A stretch of 64,000 nucleotides of DNA from the human T2T-CHM13v2.0 reference genome, Homo sapiens (GCF_009914755.1 NC_060941.1); one strand, 5' to 3'; positions 1 through 18,751 are shown, numbered from the stretch's first letter. Numbers and translations: made by a program. The notes: a model not told the origin generated them from the letters alone.

Positions 1-245
1 ATGAGGATATGGGCAAAGCTAACCTTGGCCTGATCTGTTATGCTTTGTTTTATAAGGATAGTAGACTTAGGTAGTTAAAAACTAATTTTTAAAAGAGTAT
101 ATTGATTGCTGGAAAGACTGTGACATGTTTAACACTCTTATAGATTCCTAATAAAGTATAAATTAATATAACCCTTTTGGAAAGTAATTTGGAAAAATGT
201 ATTGAGAGCCTTAAACATGTTCCTACTCCTGGCCTCATAATTTCA

Positions 246-797
<552 letters not shown>

Positions 798-1109
798 AAA
801 TTATGATACTTCCATATGATATATAGTGACTAAAATGATGTTCACAAAGAATTTATAAATAATTTGGGGAAATGCTAAGTGAATAAATAGGATACAAAAT
901 CATATGTAGTTTCATCAGAGTTGTATTAAAAAGAAATATTACAACCAGAGGATACCCAAATGTCACAAAAGTTATCTTCAGAGGAGTGTATGATTTATGT
1001 TTTTCTTTGTTATATTCATATATATTTTTTGTTCTAGAACATCTTGGTTTTATTTTCATGAGGGGGAACCTGCATATCATCTTGAATTCTAGGGGTTTTC
1101 AAAGAGTGC

Positions 1110-1450
1110 TGTCATGAACTGAACGTTCCTATGTTGAAATCCTAACCTCCAGTGTGATGGTAGCAGGAGGTGGGGCATTTGGGAGGTGCTGAGGTCATGA
1201 GGGTAGAGCTCTCATGAATGGGATTAGTGCCCTTAGAAAAGAGGCCCCAGAGAGTTCCATCATCTTTTCTCCACATGAGGACTCAGTGAGAACATAGCCA
1301 TCTCTCAACCAGGAAGCAGACCTTCATGAGGCACCAAATCTGCCAGGGCCTTGACCTTGAACTTCCCGGCCTCCAGAACTGTGAGAAATAAATTTCTGTT
1401 GTTTATAAACCACCCAATCTAAGGTATAGCAGCCCAAACAGACTAAGACA
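1110..1450 (+). mobile_element. MaLR solo LTR (MLT1A-like)
   Basis: TG...gactaagaCA ends; atgaatgggattagtgccctt motif; approximate TSD agtgc/ggtgc. Confidence 0.8.
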
Positions 1451-1713
1451 GGTGCCAAGTTGATCAGAGATTCCGTGAAAACAGAAAAGAGAAGGTGGGT
1501 GTTAATCACCTCATTTCTATAGGGTCAGGAAAGCAAATAGAGGGAAAGGAGAGATTTACACTCCATTCCACCAAACTGACAGGCCAGAAGCATGCTCTGT
1601 GGACACAGCCCCACCGCATGCTCCTTCACCGTGCTCCATCCTCCACTGCTGAGAGCCTGGTGGGTAGGGGCTTAAAGGGCCAGCCTCTCCCCACTCCACA
1701 GAGTGAGGTTTCA

Positions 1714-2085
<372 letters not shown>

Positions 2086-2409
2086 GCTGAACGGGGGAGG
2101 GGGGCATCCATTTTCTCTCAAGGGACTTTTGAGTCACTGGGATCCCTGCCTCCTGAAAATTTTCCTCTGGTTCAGACCTTCAGTTCAATTCTGAAATCTG
2201 CAGCAACCCTATTTGTTTGGGCTTCTCTTCCCTTATCCTAAAAAAAAGACAAGAAATAATATCAAAGCTGGGTCCTCAATCCATGCAGTATGTTAGGAAG
2301 GCTCCAAGAGATGAGGTCTGCTTGAAGGCGGGAAATTTGGCATCTATATGGGAAACCCTTTGGAAAACAGCTACAGACCCTTCTGCAAATCTCAGCCCCT
2401 CGGCTTTGG

Positions 2410-2630
2410 GGTATGAAAGAACAGGCCTTGAATTCTAGCTTCGCCATGCCTGACCTGGATGTGTGACCTCAGGAAAGATACCTACATTCTCTGAGCCCCA
2501 TTTGATTCATTTGTAGGTTAGGGTAGGGGATGGCCATCCAATAAGTGTTGCTAAAAAATACCAGAAATAATTTTTGTAATGTACACTGTGCAATAATTGG
2601 CACATTATAGGTTCTCATAAAAGGCATTTT
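2410..2630 (+). mobile_element. MIR fragment
   Basis: gtgtgacctcaggaaag...ctctgagcc...catttgta MIR core-like sequence. Confidence 0.55.
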
Positions 2631-3602
2631 TACTTATCAAATTACATTTTCTGAGCACCCTGATGACGGGAGGGCAGTAAACTGGAATCAGGCACTAATC
2701 TAGAAAGGATGGTTAGTCTGTATGTTTTCCAAAGCAAAAAGAATCATGAGTTCTATTTATAGGCTCTGATGCATTCAGCCTTCAAGAAGCAACTCAAACC
2801 CAGGCCTCCATCCCATCAGCACCATCCCTGCCCCCTGCCCCAGTCCAGTGTTCCTGACCACAAAAGCCTGAAGCACGCCCTCTCTCCCCTAGACAAGGGG
2901 AGCAATCACTGTCAGAACCACTCACTTGATAATTAATCACAAAGGGACCTGTGACATCTCTTCTTCTGTAGTCGAAACTGATATGTTCACTGTTCCCAGA
3001 TACTGAACTCCCCACGTATTTGGATCTCGTCTCTTCAACTAGATTACAAGTCCCTTGAGGGTGAGGTGCTTCCTTTACTTTTCGCATTCGATAGGAGATT
3101 GATACTTGTCGCACTTTGAATTTTTGTGTTTGTTTAGATCTAGTCCACAGGAAGTACAGCTACACTTGGCAGGCGCAGGGTGGAATAGCTGTAGTTCTAA
3201 ACAGATCAGGACAGCTCTGGGACTGGCTGCTTCCAAGAGGGAAAGGCAAAATGCAAAGAACTCACAGCAGGAGGGGGCTTTCTGTGCCCCTCAATGTGTG
3301 GCTCTAACCACATCAGTGGGTGGAGGGCAACGCGATGCTGTCAAATCAGGGACCAGGTTTGTGTCTGGGGTGATGCCAGGACACTGGTTGCTTCCTGCCA
3401 CCCACAGCTGCATCTGGGAGTCCTGGGCAGCAGCCACCTGGGGAAGCCAGACTTAATCAGGAAGTGTGGGGGCTGTCAGCAGGGGCAAGGGGCCACGCAG
3501 CCAAGCCAATTCTGGAATCTTTTGGAAAGAGGAAACATCCGGCTCCTCCTCCCTCACATCTCTGCTTCTGGGTCTGGGCTTGTGGGTCCCAGCTTGGGCT
3601 AA

Positions 3603-4028
<426 letters not shown>

Positions 4029-4585
4029 CACATGGCTTCCTTTTGATTTGGGGCCTCCCTGGCCAGCTGTGCCTCCCCCGCTACCAGGGCAGCAAATGGC
4101 CAGTGGTGTCCTCGCAGAAGGGGCGGAGGAGGGCGGGGAAGGATTAATGCCACCTGCTTCCCTCCTCGCCCTGTTTCATGTGACATGCACTTCAAAGCCA
4201 CAGGACACTGCTGCCCTTCTTTGTTGCATCCCTGCAGATACGGGAATCTGATTTTCCCAACTAGGAATTTGTATTTCAGCGGTTCTAGTGCTTGGGATCT
4301 TAGAAAGAAGCTTGCTCAGAAAGAACTTAGGAAACAAAGCGATGTTTGAGTGCCTGCCCCGCAGCGGATCTACCCGTTCCAGGAGCTGAGCGAGACACCT
4401 ACCACCTGCCAGACCCAGGGCATAGCCGAGGGCCTTAGCCTGCTGTCCCCACCGGGTCCCCACTATTTTAACACCAACACCCTGAAACCATGGGCCACCA
4501 CCCCCCACCTCTACCCCGCCCCTACCCCACGACCCTTTCACCAGAGCAGAGGTTTTTCACAAATCTCCATAGAGATAGCTTTGCT

Positions 4586-4603
4586 AGCAGCAGCAGCAGC
4601 AGC
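4586..4603 (+). repeat. (AGC)6 / CAG microsatellite
   Basis: agcagcagcagcagcagc seen directly. Confidence 0.85.
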
Positions 4604-4721
4604 AAACTCTGATGCAGAATGAGGAAGGGGAGAGCCTGGGGGTGTGGGTGGCGGGGGAGGGAGTCGTCGCAGTCCGGGAGCCAGGCTCTCGGCGCGTTGG
4701 GTCCGCCTCTCGTGACAGCAG

Positions 4722-4738
4722 AGCGCCCCCTGCTGCCC
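4722..4738 (-). promoter_or_regulatory. CTCF motif in a CpG-rich island (~4340-4870)
   Basis: Reverse complement GGGCAGCAGGGGGCGCT matches the CTCF core CCAGCAGGGGGCGC with one mismatch. Confidence 0.7.
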
Positions 4739-5559
4739 GAGCCCGGGTGGTGTCGCACAGCCAGGTCGGGGAGGGGGCGGAGCTGCTTCCTGGCACAGCG
4801 GGTCGCCCAGACGGGCGGGAAGAGGATGCAGTCTCTCGGTACTGAAGTCTGCCTGCAGTGGCCAAGGTCTGCCGCAGCCCCTCTGGGTTGGGGGCAGTTC
4901 TCTAGGGCGTCCTGGTTAGGTCAACGGGGGCTGGTTGGGAACCTGGCTCTACCATGCACCGCCTGCCCCGCTATGGACATATGGTTTAACCTCTGAAGCT
5001 TCTGTTTCTTCATTAAATTGAGATCATCAATTGTACCTGCATCACAGTGATGTTTTACAGAGATAATTCATGTAAAGCACATCCTAAGGTTTCAATAATA
5101 GTAGCTTATTATTATTGATTCAGCTGACACCTCTACAACTAAGTGATAGAACAACTGAGAGGGTCTGGTAGACAAAAGTCAGGGGATTTGTTTTTTCAAA
5201 GCATTTTCATCATTAAATGGATCTGATCTGGTCGCATGGGCACATTTGAGGGACATGCAACTTTGCCTAAAGGGGAAATAAATGCCAGAGATATTCACAG
5301 AAACATCAACCACAAACAATTACTGAACACATTGATCAATGCTCTAAGCTGTACAATAAAGAAAAGGGAGGAAAGTTATGTTTAGGGCAGCTCAGCCCTG
5401 CATTCTCAAATCTTCCCTCTTCACTGGATATCTATTAACTACAAACATGCTGAAACATCTCCCATATAAGAAAGCAAACAAACAAAAAAACTCCTTGCAC
5501 CCTATCTCCCTCCAGCTAGCCCCTTACACCGGATGTCTTTCCTCCCCTAGAGGGCCAAA

Positions 5560-7292
<1,733 letters not shown>

Positions 7293-8854
7293 TTAGTCCA
7301 TACTGACAACCCCCCACTGCCTGGCTAGGAGGCAAAAGATCCAAGGGCAGCTTCAGCACTGACTTCAGAGACATATTCATGACTCTGTGCTTTGTCTTTC
7401 ACCAATAACCCATTAGATAGGCCTATAACTAGAACATAAGCAATAATGCTTTAGCATTCTCGGTCTCAAAAATATTATGTAAAACCTTTAAAGGTTGTGA
7501 GATAACATGATATCTTCCACTTCTGGGCTAGACAATCAGATTTCATTTTTTTCCATCATAGGAACAGAGACAAACTTGTGAAATCATTCACCCCAGATTT
7601 TCTCTCTGTTATATCATGTCATCACTTCTATCACTCATTGTTCTAGTGATACATTCAAAATAATGAACATTCAGGGAAATGCCGGCTGGGTCCAGGATGG
7701 CCCTGGCTGTTTTTAATCACACTCTTAAATAAAAGCAGAAATGCACCTGACCTTGTAGCATCTTCGGGAGAAAGAGGGTCAATGCTTCTAAATCTAAATC
7801 TCCCAACTTATTTCACCTAAAGATCAATTGTAGAATTGTGTGCACTGCAAGAAAGACCAAGAATATACTCAAAAATTGACAGAAGGACAGTGGCTTAGAA
7901 ATCCACTCTTTTCCACAAATTGCACCCTCCCAGAGTCTATCAACTTCCCAGCCATATGCAATATCACTTTCCTGTGTTCATCTTGCCTAGATGGGGATGC
8001 CTTTGGGTGAGTGAGACATCTCCAAATAAGTAAAAGCTGTTTCAACTGGCTCCCACTTCTGTTTATTATGGAGTACCGTGAGCTGCCACCAAGCAGAAGA
8101 TCCCGCTCCTGATATTCATGGTACTTTTAACTTACCAAAATCATGTCATGTATTATTAATCTCTATGGGAATAGGTGCAAAGCACTGACATCTTCCAGCA
8201 ACCCCTTGATCCACTTGGTTCTATCCCTAGCCTCTCATGCTAGTTCACCCTTTTTAAGTCTATGTTCTGATTTACTTCTTCTTGGTGCTCTTGGGCCCTG
8301 GGAATGCAAAGTCCTTTCTCTTTGGGTCCAAGGTTTACCCCTCAGCCTTCAAATGTTAATTATTCTCCTTGAATATGACCTCATTCTTTCATTCAACAAA
8401 TATTTGGACTGGATAAACTGATATAAATTCACAATTACCATTAGTGTGCTAAGTACTAAATAGAGATATTTATAAGGTGCCAAGGAAGCCTAGAGCAAGA
8501 TTACTGGGTGGGGAAAGAATCTAGAAGATGGATTAGGGTTGGGGGCTGAAGGCGGCTCACCAGTTGGGAAGTCACTGCAATAGCCCAGGCAAGACACTGG
8601 TAGAGCAGCTGTGAGTGGTGGGGATGGTGCTGGGGATGGACTGGACCAGGGAAATTACAGAAGTAACTGGATAAGAGGGAGAGGGGCAAGTCCAGGGATA
8701 CTCCCAGCTTTCGGGTGCAGATAACTAGACATCCACATCCCCAGAAAGATTGTTTGCCACCCCTTTCTCCTTTCTCTTCCTTACCTTCAGGATCCAGCCC
8801 ATGTAATTGTCCCCAGTATAGTCACAGCTCCAACCTACCAGTCTCATCACACAC

Positions 8855-9015
8855 CCTCTCTGTGACTCAGTTTCCTCATTCATAAATGGAAGCAATAATA
8901 GTCATTTCCAAGTAAGTTCGCAGTGATGAATAAACAGTTAATCTGTGTAAAGTGTTTTGGATAGTATCTGAGACATAATAAGCACTCAAAAAAATGTTAG
9001 CTATGGTCATCATCA
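8855..9015 (+). mobile_element. MIR fragment
   Basis: ctcagtttcctcattcataaatgg...gtgtaaagtg...aagcactcaa. Confidence 0.65.
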
Positions 9016-10059
9016 TTAAGGTCATCATTTCTTCCCAACCGCCCATCCTGAACCACCGTGCTTCTTTCCCACCTCAAGGAGCTATCCGTGTGTTCTTGGC
9101 TCCTCTGCTCTAGGTCTATGCACAGTCTAACATCTTTCCAAGATTTATTTTTTAGATTCCCAAATTTCTGCTGTGGAGGAACTCTTTGCTGCAAGACTTT
9201 AACTTGTTCTCAAAGTAAGCTGAATTAAACATGGAGATGCCTCCCTCGGCACCCCCAGCACTCCGCTTCTGCTGTATCCACAGCCGAATGAAACAATATA
9301 ATCAGGACAGAAACTCCATTCCTTGGGTGGGTGCTGCCAACCACCTGCCTGGCTCCAGTTGAAACCTGCTTGTTTCTTTTTCCACTCTCTAAATGCTCAC
9401 AGATGTCTGTCTGTTTTCCTCTAATACTTGACTTCCAAAAGATGGGGGATGATTGGCTACTTGTAAATATGTTAATCTCTCTTTTTCTTTCTCTCCTAAT
9501 ATCAAAAGAAGCAGGGGGTGCATGAGGGGATCTTTTTCTCCTGGGTGGAGTTAAAGTTGGCAAAACCTGCCAACAACTTTGTTGCATATTGAAGGGGGCT
9601 AGGAATAGTGCATTCCTTGACCAGAGAATTTGACTGAGCTCTTAACCCCTTAGCGTTAATCGCTCCACCTCCACTAGGGCTTTGAGAAGCATTAGAAGGA
9701 CCCCAAACCAGGGAGTGGCCAACATGACCACAGACTAGTAGGAACCAGACAGGGTCTAGCTGGGAGAATTGGTTTCTGAATTGCTACAGGACATTCAGAT
9801 TAGGGAACTGTTCCCAGGAGGAAAAGGCAGGAATGAACACCAGTGGTCCAAGCTGAGAATGGGAGAACGAGGACATACTCTAAGCATGTCCTCCACCACA
9901 AGCCTGCTTTACAGCATCTTTCAGAAAGGGCTGAAGGCTTTACATAGGAGAAGATACTGTCTCTGGTGTCAGAACCTTTAAAGTTTGTATCTGAGCAGGA
10001 AAATATTTACTATAGAAGGTGTGGTACATGGAACAATGTCGTTCAAAACTTAAAGACTC

Positions 10060-10400
10060 AAATCTGAACTATCGTGGGAGTGTAAGTTTATGCAAAATCT
10101 GTGAAAAGCAAATTGGCCAGATGAGTCAAGAGCCATAAAAATATCCATTATCTTTGACTCAGAACTCCCACTTCTGCATTCGATCCTAAGGAAATCACTC
10201 CAAATGCAGAAAAAGATGTCTGCTATGGGGCAAAAATGGAAACATCCCATCTGCCCATTTATAGGGGAAGAGTGAAAAAAATCAGGAGGAGCTCCTTGAG
10301 AAACCAGCTGGCAACATGTCTCTTACGAAGAGTACATGAAAACATGGAGACATTTTATAACAAGGCTGGAAACAGCAGTTACACTAACATTTGTATATGC
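10060..10400 (+). mobile_element. Old L1 (L1ME-like) 3' fragment
   Basis: gtgggagtgtaa...ccacttctg...ggaaacatcccatctgccca resembles a degenerate L1 3' end. Confidence 0.5.
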
Positions 10401-10728
10401 TAGAATTTCAACCATTGGCTGAAGATGATGGAGACAGTGCATTTCAAAAGAAAATGAACAGAATGAAATAGACGAAAATGGATTTATGCTCGTGTTTCGG
10501 TGATAGAACTATGACTAGATTTTTTTTTTATTTTCCCCTTCTTTTGTATTTTTCAAGAGTTCTTTGATGAGGTGTTTTACTTTTAAAATGGAAAATAAGT
10601 ATGGGTCTTCAAATTAGAAAATCCATCAAGAGTTTTTGATCTAACCTCAAAATGAAAAGTTTTTCATGGAAGTCATTTTTCCAGAATTTATTTCATTCCA
10701 CTGAAAAGTCTATTGGCTTGGAAGTTCT

Positions 10729-10956
10729 GGATGTGAGGGCGATCTGGCTGCAACGTCTGTCACCCCATTGATCGTCAGGGTTGATTCGGCTGATCTGGCT
10801 GGCTAGGTGGGTGTCCACTTCCTCCCTCAGCACTCCATGTGCGTCCCTCCGGAGGCTGAAGAGGATGACCATCCCCGACAGAGGAGGACCGATCTTCGGT
10901 CAAGGGCATATGAGTAGCTGTGCTCCCTTGCTAGAACCTCCAAACAAGCTCTCAGG
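10729..10956 (+). pseudogene. 7SK snRNA retropseudogene (RN7SKP family), 3'-truncated at ~nt 240
   Basis: Starts GGATGTGAGGGCGATCTGGCTG (7SK 5' end) and follows 7SK to CAAACAAGCTCTCA. Shows CpG decay, a 12-nt internal deletion, no poly(A) and no upstream PSE/TATA. Confidence 0.95.
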
Positions 10957-12077
10957 TTATGCCACTGGAAGTATATTAACACATCTTTGCTCCCTGAAAA
11001 TGCCCATGCTTCCTGAGCTTTCATCTCCAAACAGGAGGGATATTGAGTGGGGGCAGAAGCAATTATGGTATATACAGCCAACTACAGACTGCTGTTTACA
11101 CAGGAACACCCCAAGAAAGTCAGGATAAAGCCTTGCACCAGATGACCTGATTTACCTAAAATACTGCCTCTCTTTATGGGCAGTCCCAGGCAGATCTTTC
11201 AGGAGTACCCGTCTTTTGTGTTGCAGACACAGATATGAGAGGACCCAGAAACGGAGGAGGAATAAGAGTTTGAGTATGAGAACCCATTTCCTTCAAGCCT
11301 GCCAAAACAGTCCAGAACCTGTGTGCTGTGAACTGTGGAATGAGCCAGGGCCACTCAGAAGTCCTCCCCACCCACCAGCAAGCCCTGCAAAAAGGAGAAA
11401 CAACTAATCACAGTGACTTGTGTGCAGCATCCTGAATCCTAAAGACAGAGCTACTTCAGGGAATACCTGGGTGGATACCAGGCGGGAAGTCCAAGCAGCA
11501 CCACCTGCGCCTCTGTCCCAAAGGGCTGACACCCCCTGTAAAGGCAGAATCGGCAGATCTCCCAGGAGCTCCAGAGTGAGTGAGCTAGGGGGTGGGGGAT
11601 TGTTGCCTAAAGGGCATTTTTTTTTTTTTTTGCATACTGCTTGAGAGAGCCTGTTAGACTCACCTCTTAATTGCGACTATTCTGTTTGTGAAACAGAAAG
11701 AGATTGGTAGATAAATGCATAAGGAAACAAACAAAAGGACCACCATCAGAAGCCCCCCTATTTTATCAGAGACAGCTCTGGTTTGGTTAGCCTCCAGGCA
11801 ACTTCTTGGAGGGTCCTGCATCTTTGAAACCTCTAACTTCCTTCTCTTCCACACCCCTCCCCATCCTGAACACCCATCTCACTCCTGGCTGTTTATCTTT
11901 TGTTCAGCCAATCAAAGAGCTAAGCAATTTTTTCACTTTTATAAGGAAAATTTAAGAGTATAATAAACCCCATGTACCCTTGTCCCAGATTCAATAATTT
12001 TCAAATCTTGTTTCATCAGCATTCCCACCCACTTTCTTCTTCTCCACCAATTATTTGGAAGTAAATGCCAAACATTA

Positions 12078-12508
<431 letters not shown>

Positions 12509-12524
12509 TTAACAATAATTCTTT

Positions 12525-12688
12525 CCTTTTTTTTTTTCTTTTTTTTTTTAAGAACATTCTGGATTCTGGGATCTGAACCCGACTCCCTTTCTATCAGCTG
12601 AAGGGACTGGAGGCCATTGCAGGTCCTTTCGGAATGGCACTCACCCATCTCTCAGGACCAACTGACCCATGTTCAACTGCTGTTCACA
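12525..12688 (-). pseudogene. Retroposed 28S (LSU) rRNA fragment with poly(A) tail
   Basis: Reverse complement TGTGAACAGCAGTTGAACATGGGTCAGTTGGTCCTGAGAGATGGG...GAAAGGGAGTCGGGTTCAGATCCC matches 28S rRNA. T-tract at 12525-12549; approximate TSD 12511-12524/12688-12701. Confidence 0.9.
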
Positions 12689-13069
12689 ATAATAATCCTT
12701 TAATATCATCAAGTATCCAGGCAGTGTTTAACTTCTTCTGTTTGTCTCATAAATTGTTTTGTCTGTTTATCTGAGTCAGGATCCAAATAAGGTCCTTATA
12801 ATTGTGATTGGTTTTGTATCTTAAAATATAAAGAAACTTAAAAAGAGCCGAGTTTTAAAACCACAAAATCCAAATTCAGGTCAGGTGACATTTGTTTCAT
12901 TCTCATTCAACAGATATTTATCAAGGACTTCAAATGCACCAGGCCTGTGCCCTACGCTGGGATACAGTGATGACCAAGAGCATACCTAGAACCTGTGCCA
13001 TAGAGGGAATCTGGTGAGAAAAGCAGACATTGATTGATCAGATGATCACAAAGTAAATGGGACATCTAA

Positions 13070-13432
<363 letters not shown>

Positions 13433-13561
13433 GAACTTACATAACCCTAAAAGACAGAATTAGGACCAACAGTTAAAGTGCTGGGGAATCCAATTAGGGC
13501 ACAGTAGAGGGAAGAATTCAAAAGTTACTGAGTATTTCAGCAAGCAAGAATATATGACTCA

Positions 13562-13862
13562 GGTTGGGCACAGTGGCTCACATCTGCAATCCCAGCACTT
13601 TGGGAGGCCGAGACAGGTGGATCACCTGGGGTCAGGAGTTTGAGCCTAGCTTGGCCAACATGGTGAAACACCATCTCTACTAAAAATACAAAAATTAGCT
13701 GGGCATGGTAGCGGGCACCTGTAGTCCCAGCTACTCAAGAAGCTGAGGCAGGAGAATCGCTTTAACCCGGGAAGCGGAGATTACAGTGAGCGAAGATCAT
13801 GCCACTGCACTCCAGCCTGGGTGACAGAGCAAGACTTTGTCTCAAAAAAAAAGAAAAGAAAA
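13562..13862 (+). mobile_element. AluS
   Basis: 16-bp TSD aagaatatatgactca. Confidence 0.92.
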
Positions 13863-14532
13863 AAGAATATATGACTCATAATGAAGAGAAAAATCAAGCA
13901 TCAGAAACATATCCTGAAATGACACAGATGATAGAATTAGTAGACAGTGTGTTAAAAGTAGCTATTACTTCACATGTTCAAGAAGGTAGAGGAAAATGAT
14001 TATGATAAGAGTAGGCAAGGAAATTTTTTTAAAAAGAACCAAGTCAAACTTCTAAAGATAAAAAAAAATTCATCTGAAATGAAAAATACTCTGGATAGGA
14101 TTGCCAACAGATTAGACACTGAAGAAAAAAGATTAGTAAACTTGAAGATACAGCAACAAATACAATCCAAAGTGAAACAGAGGGAAAAAAGACCCCAAAT
14201 ATTGAACTGCGTATCAATGAGCTGTGACACAACATTAAACATATGTGTAACTGGAATCGCAAAATGAAAGGAGAGAGGGAGGACGAAAAAATATGAAGAA
14301 ATAGTGACCAAAATCTTTCCAAATTTGATTAAAAAGTTATGAACCCACACATACAAGGAGCTCAATGAACTCCATGAACAAAAAACATGAAGAAAACTGC
14401 ATCAAGCCACATCTTGATTACATTACTTAAAATCAGTTATAAAGTCTTGAAAGCAACTGGAGAAAAAAAAAGAGACATTGCAGAGGAACAATTATAAGAA
14501 TGACAGCAAACTTTTTATCATAAACAATGCAA

Positions 14533-14833
14533 GGCTGGGCACAGTGGCTCACACCTGTAATCTCAGCACTTTGGGAGGCCAAGGTGGCTGGATGACTTGA
14601 GGTCAGGAGTTTGAGACTAGCCTGGCCAACATGGCAGAACCTCATCTCTACTAAAAATACAAAAATTAGTCAGGCATGATGGCACACGCATGTAATCCCA
14701 GCTACTTGGATGGCTGAGCCATGAGAATCACCCAAACTCAGGAGGCAGAGTTTGCAGTGGGCCAAAATCACACCACTGCACACCAGCCTGGGAGGCAGAG
14801 TGAGACTGTGTCTCATAAAAAAAAAAAAAAAAA
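14533..14833 (+). mobile_element. AluS
   Basis: Full Alu inserted in L1. Confidence 0.9.
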
Positions 14834-15087
14834 TAGAAATGAGAAGATAATGGAGTGACATCTTTAAGGTACTAGAGGGAAACACACCATAAAATTCTAT
14901 ACACAGAGAAAATCTTTCAGAAACAAAAACTAAATACAGACCTTTTCAGCCACAAAATCTTAGAAAATTGATAACCAGTAAACCACCAGTACGATGAAAT
15001 GTTAAAAGAGGTCCTTAAGGCAGAATGAGAATTATACCAAAGGAAAAATCTGCATTTACATAAAGGAATGAAGAACACCAGAAATAG

Positions 15088-15418
<331 letters not shown>

Positions 15419-15777
15419 AAAAGACTTATTTTCTTATTACTTAAACCACCTTAAGAGGTAATTGATGGTTTAAACAAAAGTAACCTGGCATGGTGGAGTT
15501 TCTAATCTATGTAGAAGTAAAATGTATGACAACTATAGCACAAAGGCCAGAAGGGGGGAAAGGAAAGTACAGTGTTGTAAGGTTCTTATACGTGAAGTGT
15601 TATAATATTTCTTGAAGGTATATGTGATAATGCGCATTATAAATCCTAAAGCCATCACTAAAAGAACAAAACAAAGCAGTTGAGCTAATAAGTCAATAAA
15701 GGTGATAAAATAAAATCATAAAAAGAATACTCAATACAAAAGAAAGCAGTAAAAGAGGAGAAAGGGAACAAAGACTA

Positions 15778-16184
<407 letters not shown>

Positions 16185-17355
16185 TTAAAAGGCAGAGATT
16201 GTCAGATTAGATAAGAAAGCAAGACACGACAATATGCTCTTACTAGGAAACTACTTTAAATATGAAGAACAAACGGGTTAAAAGTAAAAAAACGAAAAAA
16301 GGTATACCTTCCTAACACTAAGCAAAAGAAAGCAGGAGTTGATGTAAAATATCAGACAAAGCAGATTTCAGAGGAGAAATACAACCAGGGATAAGAAAAA
16401 AAGTTATTTTATAGCTGTCAATTCATTAAAAGAACATAGCAATCATAAACATTTATACATCTAGAAATACAGCTTCAGAATACACACAGCATAATGTGAG
16501 TATTCTCAGACAACACAACTGAATACATAGAAAACCCAAAGGGATATAAAGAAAAATTATTAGAATTAATGAGTAATTTATCAAGGTCACTGGATACAAA
16601 GTCAATATACAAAAGTCAAATGCATTTCTATATGCACAAGCAAATAGAAAATAAAACTGTTTAATGACACAATTTACAGTAGTATAAAAAATCAAATACC
16701 TATAAATAAATCAACAAAATAGTGCAAGACTCTTACACTGAAAACAAAGAGAAATTTAAAATGACCTAAATAAGTAGAGAATTATACCATGTTCTTGGAT
16801 TGGAAGGCTCCATACTGTAAAGCAGTCATTTTTCCCCCAGAAGATCTATACATCTAATCCAATCCCAATCAAAATTTCAGCAATTGTTTTATGTGTGAAC
16901 ATTAACAAGCTGATTCTAAAATGTATGTGGAAATGCAAAAGCCCAAGAATGGCCATGCCAATTTTGAAGAAAAACAAAACTGGAGGAATTACGCTATCAG
17001 TTACTAAGACCTACTTTAAAGTTAAAGCAATTGTAACAGTGTGGTGTTGACCAGCGGAACAGATTAGAGGTTCCAGAAACAGACTCGTAAATATACAATT
17101 GATCACCTGATTTATAACAAAGATGGTACTGCAGTGCTGTGGAGAAAGAAATACCTTTTCAAAAACTGGTGCTGGGTCTACAGAGAAAAAAGTGAACTTT
17201 GACTCCTCCTGATACATATATACAAAATATAGATCTAAATGTGAAAAGTAAAAAAATAAAGCTTCTGAAAGGAAACAGAGAACAGTAGGTAAAAAAGAAA
17301 TTTTTTAAAGAATGTGAGAAGCACTAAGTAGGACATGTCAGCTTAACATGAGCTA

Positions 17356-17697
<342 letters not shown>

Positions 17698-18751
17698 TTT
17701 TTTTAAAGATTACAAAAACAAACAAGCAAACAAAAAATCCTGAATGTGATCTAACTGACATTAATAGAAATGTAAAATCCAGATGAAAGGATTCTGTATT
17801 CTGTATTCTTCAATGGCCAGTTGGGTGTTATGTTGTGCTCTCAGCATAGGAATAAAAAAAATTATCGAAGTATAGGATACATACAGAAAAATGCCCAAAT
17901 CTTAAGTATACATCTTGATAAATTTTCAGAAATCGTGCACACGTGTCTACCAGCACCCATATCAAGAAACAGAACATGGCCAGCACCTCAGATGCCCTTT
18001 CACAGAGTCTTCCAGTCACTCCCCTGCCCTTCTAGATTAACCATTATGCTGAATTCTAACACTATAGGTTAGTTTTTCCTGTGTTATATATATAGCTACA
18101 ATCTTAGAGTACATACCTTTTTGTGTCTGGCTTCTTTCATTTGACATTATGTCTATGAGACTTATATTTTTATGTACAGTTGTAGTTTACTCATTTTCAT
18201 TATGGGATAGTGTTCCATTCCACAATTTATTAATCCATTCTACTATTGACGGACTTTGTGTGGCTTTCCAGTTTGGAGTTAATATGAATAGTGCTGCACA
18301 TTCTTGTACATGTCTCTTAATGTGCTTTGACAGCTTTGTCAAAAATCAATTGGCTTTGTACGCAGTGGTCTAGTTCTGGGCTTTCCACTGTGTGTCATTG
18401 ATCTATACAGCTATCTTTACACCAGTACCAACCACACTGTCTTGATTACTGTAGCTGTATAATAAGGCCTTAACATCAGGTAAATAAGTCTTCCAGTTTT
18501 ATTCATTTTCAAAGTGTTTTGGCTATTGTAAGTCCATTGAATTTTCATACAAATTTTAGAACCAGCTTGCCAATTTCTACAAAAATGTCTGCTGAGATTT
18601 TAATTGGGATTGTATTGAATCTATAGATCAATCTGGACAGAACTGACATCCTGACAATGTTAAGTTTTCTGATCCATGAACAGTGTATTACTCTGCTCAG
18701 GCTGCCATAACAATATACCAAAGACTGGGTGGCTTAAACAATAGAATTTTG

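Noticed and set aside
4584-4996. Overlapping ORFs with poly-Ala/Cys/Leu runs in the CpG island
   Set aside because: Expected from high GC content and the AGC repeat; no coding signature.
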